64,000 nt of DNA from positions 19,468,001 through 19,532,000 of the forward strand of contig NC_043010.1 in the NCBI RefSeq assembly GCF_006345805.1, given 5' to 3'. The translations under genes and the position numbers were made by a program. Source of the DNA: Octopus sinensis (Eukaryota). Of this stretch, positions 53,001-64,000 are shown one piece after another; position 1 is the stretch's first letter, and each line of letters begins with the position of its first letter. The notes under the pieces were generated by a model. The model ran no database searches. It was given only the letters and a program-made list of their open reading frames with translations, and was not told the origin of the DNA.

Positions 53001-53178
53001 AAAATCAGTGTACAATTATACACAAAAGAGGTGACCTTAAATAGGACACCTTACATGTTAAAAGGAACAGTCAAAGCCCAAACCACGGTTGAGAGAAATT
53101 TCGAAATTACTCTTAACCGTGATTTGGGTTTTGATTGTTTAGGGTCACCTCTTTTGTGTATAAATGTACACGGATTTT
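53001..53178. repeat. Fold-back element next to microsatellites
   Basis: tatacacaaaagaggtgacc / ggtcacctcttttgtgtata; centre aatttcgaaatt. Confidence 0.85.
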
Positions 53179-53180
53179 GT

Positions 53181-55788
<2,608 letters not shown>

Positions 55789-55975
55789 ACAGCTATACTT
55801 GTGGTACATGTTTGTAGGGACGACGATTGACGGTTACACCTTCTCCGCAGCAACATCATCATCATCATCATCGTTTAACGTCCGTTTCCATGCTGGCATA
55901 GGTTGGACGGTAAGATATCGACAATACCTTACCATATTGGTGCGAATTATCACCACAATGGGATGGACCAGCAAA

Positions 55976-56153
55976 GAATCTTTTCGGTTTGAACGGCAGT
56001 TTTTAACATAATTTCTAGGTAACTAAAAATTTCAAACTAACCCTAACCCTAAAATGGATTGAAATGCAATAGATTCATACTAGGGTCATAATTATGGGTG
56101 ACAATTTCATATAACACCGCTAGAAAAAACTGCCGTTCAAACTGAAAAGATCC
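55976..56153. mobile_element. Internally deleted copy of the 32523 MITE
   Basis: Both TIRs retained; ctaaccctaaccctaa inside. Confidence 0.85.
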
Positions 56154-56326
56154 GATATCTCTTATAATAGTCTCAGGAAAGATTGCTGAATATGAAATTC
56201 AAGTAGTGACCAAAACATCAGTTTACACACACACACACACACACGGCAGTTAAATGATGGGTTTCATGCAGAAGCAACATGCTGTCATTGAATTGTTGAT
56301 GAGCAAGTGGTATGGATTGTGGATCA

Positions 56327-56715
56327 AGGCGGCAAGCTGCAGAACCGTTAGCACGCCGGGCGAAATGCATAGCCGTATTTCGTCTGCCGTTACGTTCTGA
56401 GCTCAAATTCCACCGAGGTCGACTTTGCCTTTCATCCTTTCGGGGTCGATAAATCAAGTACCAGTTACACACTGGGTCGATGTAATTGACTTAATCCGTG
56501 TATCTGTCCTTGTTTGTCCCCTCTGTGTTTAGCCCCTTGTGGGTAGTAAAGAAATAGGTATTTCGTTTGCCGTTACGTTCTGAGTTCAAATTCCGCCAAG
56601 GTTGACTTTGCCTTTCATCCTTTCGGGGTCGATAAATTAAGTACCAGCAACGCACTGGGGTCGATGTAATTGACTTAATTCGTGTATCTGTCCTTGTTTG
56701 TCCTCTCTGTGTTTA
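56327..56715 (+). mobile_element. Family B SINE with tandem partial duplication
   Basis: Body repeats from gtatttcgt at about 56558. Confidence 0.85.
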
Positions 56716-57044
56716 ACAAAGATATTTCACAAAAGCAATGTGCACTGGTAGACGAAGAAGAGGAAAGCAGCATTGAAGACTAATTATACTGTAAGCAACC
56801 ATTCACTGCAACCACTGACACGAACCACTGGTCAGTGGATGAACTGATTCACAACCACTTTGTAGAAGTGGTGGACATTAGGAAGGGCATCCAGCCATAG
56901 AAACCCTGCCAAAACAGACAATTGGAGCCTGGGGTAGCTCTCTGGCTTGTAAGCTCCTGCCAAACCATCCAACTTATACCAGCATGGGAAACAGAGTTAA
57001 ATGATGATGATGATGAAGACGACGACAATGATAATGATGAAGGT

Positions 57045-57310
57045 AATTTTTTTTCAAAACTAGTGACAGGGAATGAAATGAGGCCTTAGCTTTATGAACC
57101 AAAAACAAAGTCTCAATCCATGGAATAGTTTAACATTTCTTCTTCAAAACCTAAGTAATTCAAGAGCTTGCAATCAGCACCAAAAGTTATGATGACTATA
57201 TTTTGGAATGACAAGGCCATCATTTTCCTTGATCTTCTGGAACCTGGCTCTGCCATGAAAAATGAGTGGTACTCAAAGATATTCTAAAAGCTTAGAGAAA
57301 CCATTAAGAA
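57045..57310 (+). mobile_element. Mariner transposase remnant
   Basis: LVTGNE, YEPKTKSQSME, KVMMTIFWNDKAIIFLDLL. Confidence 0.75.
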
Positions 57311-58869
57311 GAGACAGAGCAAGGATCTGGAAATGATCTGCTTTTCAGTGCAAAGAAGAACATTCTTTGAGGAAAACAATTTGATGAAAGAGGCTTAGAA
57401 GAAATGGGTACAGCAGTGTGCAAGTAAATTTTTTCAAAGAGGATTTTCAGGAGTTTGGGTTCAGCAGTCGTGCGAGTGGATCAACTGAGACGGAGTCAAT
57501 GGTTGAGGCTGTGGAGAGGAAGAGTTACTCTGCCATTGTGTATAGTTTGGACAACAAAGGAAAAGCATGGTCTGTCTCAGACTGTGCACACAGAAAGGTC
57601 TTTGGGATTCACCTTCTCAATCGTAGCAGATATACATTTTCATTTTTAATTGACAGAAAGTTACAGATTGATAAATGCTTTCAACAAAACTCTCAACTGA
57701 TAAGTCATTTTGTAACTTACTGTTGATTAATAAATAAAGTGTGTGTGTGAGAGAGAGGGGGGAGACAGACAGAGAGGAGAGAGAGGGGGAAAGTGACAGA
57801 GAGGGAGAGAGACAGACAGACAGACAGATAGAGAGGAGAGAGAGAGAGGGAGAGACAGACAGAGAGGAGAGAGGGGGAGAGTGAGATAGCCTTCTGACAC
57901 TGCAAGTATAATAATATCACCCACTAAATTCAAATGGGTAGGGGGTACCAGAGCCACATTATGTGTTTTATTCTCCTAATCCCCACCGTAATCCAGAGTT
58001 GGCTAAACTTCTCTTTGTGAAGATCATAAGAACATGTCATAAGGTTTCTTTCTAGGGAGCTGCATTTGGCAACAAACTAAACATACTCAATAAGAATTCT
58101 TTTTCTTACACAAAAACATAATTACCATTCTTGTAACTGAATTATTTGGAACTGAAAGTGATGTTGTGTCTTAAATGTTACTGAATAATTCCTCTAGTAT
58201 GAAATGAGGTTTATGTAACTATGCCCAATCCTTTCAAAGAATTTTCTGGTCAGGATTTGGCATTGCCGAACTTATACGCCAGGCAGCATGCACATCTAAG
58301 TCTGTTAGAAGTTAGCTGTTCTTCAGTTAAATTTCTCTTTACATATATATGTTGGGTGCAAAGAATACACACATTTTCTTTGCAGGCTGTTTCTATTTAC
58401 CAAACTTTTCTGCATTGATTCCTATACAGAATAAAGTCAGGTGCATATTCTTCAAAATATTCCTGCAGAGTATTGTCTATGCTGAGATCATTAGACTCTG
58501 TTTCTGAAGGGGAAAAAAATGCAGCAAATTTATCAGTAAGCCGCCTTGCAGATGTATTTTTTAAGACAGGTACCTGCTGGTTGTAGTTCTCTAAACAGGA
58601 ATGTGTAACAGTTTGTATGTCTCTAAGAAGAAGAAGAAGATGGAGGATGAGGAGGAGGAGTTGTGTTTAGTTGTTTGGGAATGTGGGAAAATTTCACTTG
58701 AAATGATTACATTTCCAGGACTTTGGTATCATCATGTTCATGATCATCATCATCATCATCATCGCTGTCATCATCATCATCATCGTCATCCTCATCGTTG
58801 TCGTCATCATCAGTCATCATCATCATCATCATCATCATATTGGTCATTGTCATAATGATGACAGTGGCA

Positions 58870-59900
58870 GCGGCAATGGGGACAATGATGCCAATACCTT
58901 GTAATTTAATCTTTTGCCAAAAATGTGAACTGTGAACACCGAATCACGCAACCATTCTGTCTAAATGTTCTCATCTCATGTTCTTCATTTCAAAGAAGAA
59001 CAGTTTCTTCTCTCAGATTCCGTGCTTTTCTCAGAACATTTCTCATCCTTAACCAATGAACATTGCTATGATGCAGTTACATCTAAATATACATATTCTG
59101 TAACATCCAACAAACTCTGTCTGTAATTTAAACACTCACCCTGGCTCTAATTAAATTAATAACATATATTACTCCAGAATCAATCATGTGTAAAATCCAG
59201 AACAGATTTTTGCAGACACCTTTCGTATGTTCTATGGTGGAATGGAAACTCTGTGTGAAATGGAAGCTCATATTTCTCTTCGTTATTAAACTGCTTTAGA
59301 AGACTTGCTTGTTCTCCTTTAACGAAGGTGTACCATCTGTTGTAATGTTTGCCAACTTGTTCCAAGATAAACTAGACTATCCAAGCAGACAGAAATCTTG
59401 GCATTGCAAAATTATCACCAATTCCTCAAATAAATACAAGCAGTTGCACTGTGTCTCATAATGTCAGCACTTTCATCAAGTGCCAGTGAGTAATACACCA
59501 ATGACTTGCCAACCTCAAGTAGAATCTACAAAATGGCTTCAATGTGGCAAACTGCAGTCCTCCTTGACAAAAACTTGGCTTCAGTTTCTGCTTTTAATCC
59601 AAGGCAAACAATATCAACTGCATCAGACTTACAGTCATTGAAAAATTCTGCTAGAGTTGAATTCTGTTTGGCAATTTTATAATCAAGCACAAAACTTGCC
59701 TTTGTGGTATCTTTTTGCATGATTGTTTTACAATGAAAGTTTCTTCTTTTAAATTTCTCAATGTCGCTGGTATTTTCACCATAGTTCCACTCTCTGATAA
59801 ATTACCTGCAAAGTTACTGTGTTTTATCTAAAATTATATCTTCAAATTATCGTATATTTTTTTTGCCTACAAGTTGAATTTTTCCCAACCAAAATTCAAA
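58870..59900 (-). mobile_element. hAT transposase remnant (SPIN/Buster/GTF2IRD2-like)
   Basis: TKASFVLDYKIAK, LSRRTAV, YYSLALDESADI in broken frames. Confidence 0.7.
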
Positions 59901-60187
59901 GCCAGGTTGACTTACACATCAAAATGACTTTGGAGAACCAAAAGTTCTTTGTGAATTGCAACAGGATTTGTAAAGATGTTAGAATGTTTACCCTACATTG
60001 ACTTGTCTGCCAGAAAATATGGTATACACCTTAAAAATATCAACACTGTCATGGTATTTAAGGAATATTGCTTTATTTCTAATATCTATAAATGAATGTC
60101 TATTCATCCATGCTTTATTATCTATATACAACATTCAATTTTTGTAATTTTCATAGCAGTCATTGTTAGAATAAATTTAAAATCAAT

Positions 60188-60655
60188 CATCATCATCATC
60201 ACTGTTTAACGTCCGCTTTCCATGCTAGCATGGGTTGGACGATTTTGACTGAGGGCTGGCGAGCCAGATGGCTGCACCAAGCTCCAATCTTGATCTGGCA
60301 GAATTTCTACAGCTGGATGCCCTTCCTAATGCCAACCACTCCAAGAGTGTAGTGGGTGCATTTTACATGCCACCGGCACGGGGGCCACTCAGGCGGCACT
60401 GGCAATGACCTTGCTCGAATCTTTTTACACATGCCACCAGCACAGGTGCCAGTGAAGCAATGTTGATAACGATCACACTCGAATGGTGCCCTTTTACGTG
60501 CCATGGGTACGGAAGCCAGTTGGCTGCTCTGGCAACGATCACGTTCGGATGGTGCTCTTGGACCCTACTAGCACAGGCATAAGTGCCAGTAAGGTGACGC
60601 TGGTAACAATCATACACGAATAGCCGCTCTGTCAACGATCACACTCATATGGTGC
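60188..60655 (-). mobile_element. SINE family C copy with expanded internal repeats
   Basis: Repeated acgatcacactcgaatggtgc units. Confidence 0.8.
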
Positions 60656-60849
60656 ACTTTGCACCCCACTTGCACGAATGCCAGTCATATATTTTGAAAT
60701 TATTAAACATATGTTGAACACTTTGCAGTTCTCGTTTCAAAATAGTCACTTCTAACTGTAATCTTATTAAACTCTTTATGCACACAATAAAAATGTATGT
60801 AAGAAATTTGGTGAGAATGTCTGCTGGTTGCATGCAGCCAGCTGCCAGT

Positions 60850-61812
60850 CATAATTTTCCCACCTCTGCCCTACATTATCAATTGGCCACTCAACATAAT
60901 AGGATCATCTAACATCTTACCATGGTAACCAGTGTTACTCATTGTTATTATGTGGTGTGGAGGACTGAGAGATCTTCATGAATCATCAGTGAATGTGTGC
61001 GGGAATTACCATGGATAAAGTTTGTTTTGGTGGGTCACCTTCAACACTCACCCTTCCCCTCCTAAATTCAGCTGCCCACTTTTGCACTGTTGATAAAGCT
61101 GGAGCATCATCCCCTAATGTAGCAACCATGTCAGCTTGAACGTCCCTGGGAGCTAAGCCCTTTTTTCTGCAGGTACTTTATAATAATTGGCATGCGTGCC
61201 AGTGAAACGTTAAAAGCACATCTGAGTGTGATGGTTGCCAGGGCCACGGATTGGCTCCCATTTGCCGGTGGAACATAAAAAGCACCATTCAAGCGTGATC
61301 GTTGCCAGCGTCACCTTACCAGCACGTGAAAAACAACATTCGAGCGTGGTCATTGCCAGTGCCACCGGACTGGCTCCCATGCAGGTAGCACATAAAAAAC
61401 ACCTTTTGAACATGGTTGTTGCCAGAACTGCCTGACTGGCCCTCGGGACAGTGACATGTAAAAGCATTCACTACACTCTCAGAGTGGTTGGCATTAAGAA
61501 GGGTATCCAGCTGTAGAAACTTTGTCAGATCAGATTGAGCCTGGATGAGCCTTCTGGCTCACCAGTCCTCCATCAAACCGTCCAACCCATGCCAGCATGG
61601 AAAGCAGATGTTAAATGACGATGATGATGATGATGATGACAACTCCAAATTTTGTCCGTTTTCAAGTGAAGTCCCTACTAGTTACATTTGAAGTTTTCTT
61701 TGAACAATCAGATATTAGTTTACTTGGAAAGAAATAATGAAGTGAAATGAATACATGCAAGATTTCACAGCTGTGGCATCTAGTTGGCCTATCAACTTTC
61801 CAGCCCACCCTC
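60850..61812 (-). mobile_element. 5' part of a mariner element interrupted by a family C SINE (61190-61640)
   Basis: Minus-strand IKYLQKKGLAPRDVQADMVATLGDDAPALSTVQKWAAEFRRGR (mariner helix-turn-helix region). Confidence 0.7.
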
Positions 61813-64000
61813 ATAGCTCCAGAAGACATGCCCACCTCAGTGAAACCGAGTTCTGGAAGCACTGTACATGTGTGTACAACAATGAGCACTTTGCCCAGTC
61901 TCCTCAGCAAATCACCTCAACCCATCCACCCATCATCTCTCCCTCTCCTGCTCTCTTGATGCTGTTGTATTTTTCTTGCTACCCTACCAGAACCATTTCC
62001 TTTGTAATCCATTCTTCATCCATTCTCTCCACCCACACTTTATATCGATCAAAACCCCACTCCACCTCCACACACACACTGAACTACCCAACCAAATATC
62101 TCTCCTCATGCATGGTGCTTGCCTTTCTCCCCCTCCCCCACAACTCCTAGGGCCTGCTCTAACCGCATGTCATTTCTCTCTCATCGTCCATCCCCACCCC
62201 TGGTGACTGTATCATCATTACTACCCTGCATCCCTCTACCTTCTCCAACTCCTGCATCATTCGTCATCTCCCACCCCTTATCCACCCTTCAACCCTACCC
62301 AGTCATAACAATTGTTCCCTCCCTCCTTCCCTCTCTTTCCCAGCCTCTCATCGCTTGTTCCTCCCCCTCCCCACCACCACCACCACATACTCACGCAAAC
62401 CACCCAACTCTCTTCGTTCCTCTATCCTCATTCACTTCTCCTCACTTCGTCGTGCCATAAAGGCTCACCTGGACACTTCATCACCAATATCTATCGCTTT
62501 GCAGCTCCTCTTCTCCCTCTTTTTCACCGTGTAAAGCCATGTAGCCCTTCTACAAGAATCTGCTCAGCCTTTTTCTAGCATGGCGATTGTCACCGCCATT
62601 CCTTATGGGGTTTACGGTCTTGCGAGCTGCATGGCAACCTCACAAGTGCTAGTGGCACAAAAAAAAAGGGGTCCATGTTGCAAAGATAGGGTATCATAGC
62701 ATCTATGCTATATTAGAAATGGTAGCATAGAAACCGTGCCAAAGCAGAGCCTGTGTGCTTATATGTTTATCACACACACACACACATACACACACAGACG
62801 TTTCTCGGTATATCAAATTGAAAATTACTGTAGTCTTCAGCTTCCAATAGACATACTAAATAATTTGTTCCTCTTCAGTATTGTATACTCTTCGTTTTCC
62901 CTCCTTGTTCTCACAGAACTGTTCGTGTGTGTGTGTGAGCGCGCGAGTGCGTGATTGTACGTGCGTGCGCGTGCTTGTGTGGGCGCGCGAGTGCGTACGT
63001 ATACGTGTGTGTGTTTGTGTGTGTGTGTGTGTCCATATCTCATTCTGACAATAAACTCTTCTCTTCATCTTCCTTTCTCTCTCTCTCCTTTCCCTCCCTC
63101 TCTCTCAATTCTCATTTCATCCTTAAATTCTCACAATATTTCTGTACTTGATCCCACATCCCTTAATCTTCTCCACTCATTTCCCCTGTTGTTAAAATAA
63201 GTACCAGTTATGTATTAGGGTTGTTGTCGTCAAGTAACCCTGTCGCCTAAAATTGCTGACCTTGGGTCAAAATTTGAAACCGTGTAGTTCTGTGTCCGTC
63301 CGTCCCCCTCCATCTCCGACCATTATTTCTATCTTTCCCCATTTATCCTCCCCATCTCATTCTTCTCTCTCTGTTTCCCTTTTTTGTTAACGTCTGCCAA
63401 CAACAGCAACCTTCTACTTTTCTCTTCTCTCACTTTCCCCCCATACCTTTCTCCCTCTTCTTAATCTTTTCTCTCTTTTATCTTTACCCTTTATTCCTCT
63501 CTCTCTCTCTCTCTCCCTTTTCCTAATATATCGTCTGTCTTTTTTCTTTACTTCTCACTCATCCATCAAATCCTCATCTTTTACCCTTTCTCTCTTTCCC
63601 CTCCTCCTCTCTCTCCCACATCACACCATTTCTTTCTCTTCCTATTTCCCTCCTCTCCCTTTTTACCCTATCTCCTACTTCTCCTCGTCCTCCACCCAAA
63701 CATTCTTCCCTCCCTCTCTTTCTGAGTGTTGTTTACCAATTTTTCACTCTCTCTAATTGTCTGTCAGTTCGACTGATTGCCTGTTCATTATAAAACCATT
63801 CTGCGACCGCCGTTCCTTGCTCAGTAGTGCTGCTGTTGTCCTCTTTGCTAGTCGAGCTGTAGTGGTATATATATATAAATGTATGTATATAGACATCTAA
63901 GGAGATAGATATATATGTATGTGTGTATATATAATATCTTGGAGAACGAGTTATTTATTTAGCGGTGAATTGTCAGCCGTCCGGCCATTCAGTTTTATTT

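Noticed and set aside
60360-60655. Regularly spaced short repeats resembling a CRISPR array
   Set aside because: Intervening sequences are related to each other; these are internal tandem repeats of SINE C in eukaryotic DNA

Overview
Repeat-rich, AT-rich animal genomic DNA; the SINE and microsatellite make-up suggests an octopus or other coleoid cephalopod (inference). Nearly all ORFs in the track are translated microsatellites. The only convincing host coding sequence is a 216-codon coiled-coil exon (44533-45180, +) resembling the N-terminus of JAKMIP proteins. The rest is SINEs of several families, decayed mariner, hAT and RTE elements, MITEs, non-autonomous Helitrons, a tRNA-Asp gene or pseudogene, and a ~1.3 kb tandem duplication. 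The most striking signal is a set of unrelated fold-back (inverted-repeat) elements, mostly inside (TA)n or (ATT)n tracts. Several carry minimal type I hammerhead ribozyme motifs with palindromic stem III, and their cores show three Watson-Crick versions of the 3-8 pair (C-G, U-A, G-C). One of them (11711-12681) is built from a circularly permuted 362-nt monomer in tandem and inverted copies, as expected for a retrozyme or Penelope-type element copied from a circular or multimeric RNA. All calls were made by eye and repeat boundaries are approximate.
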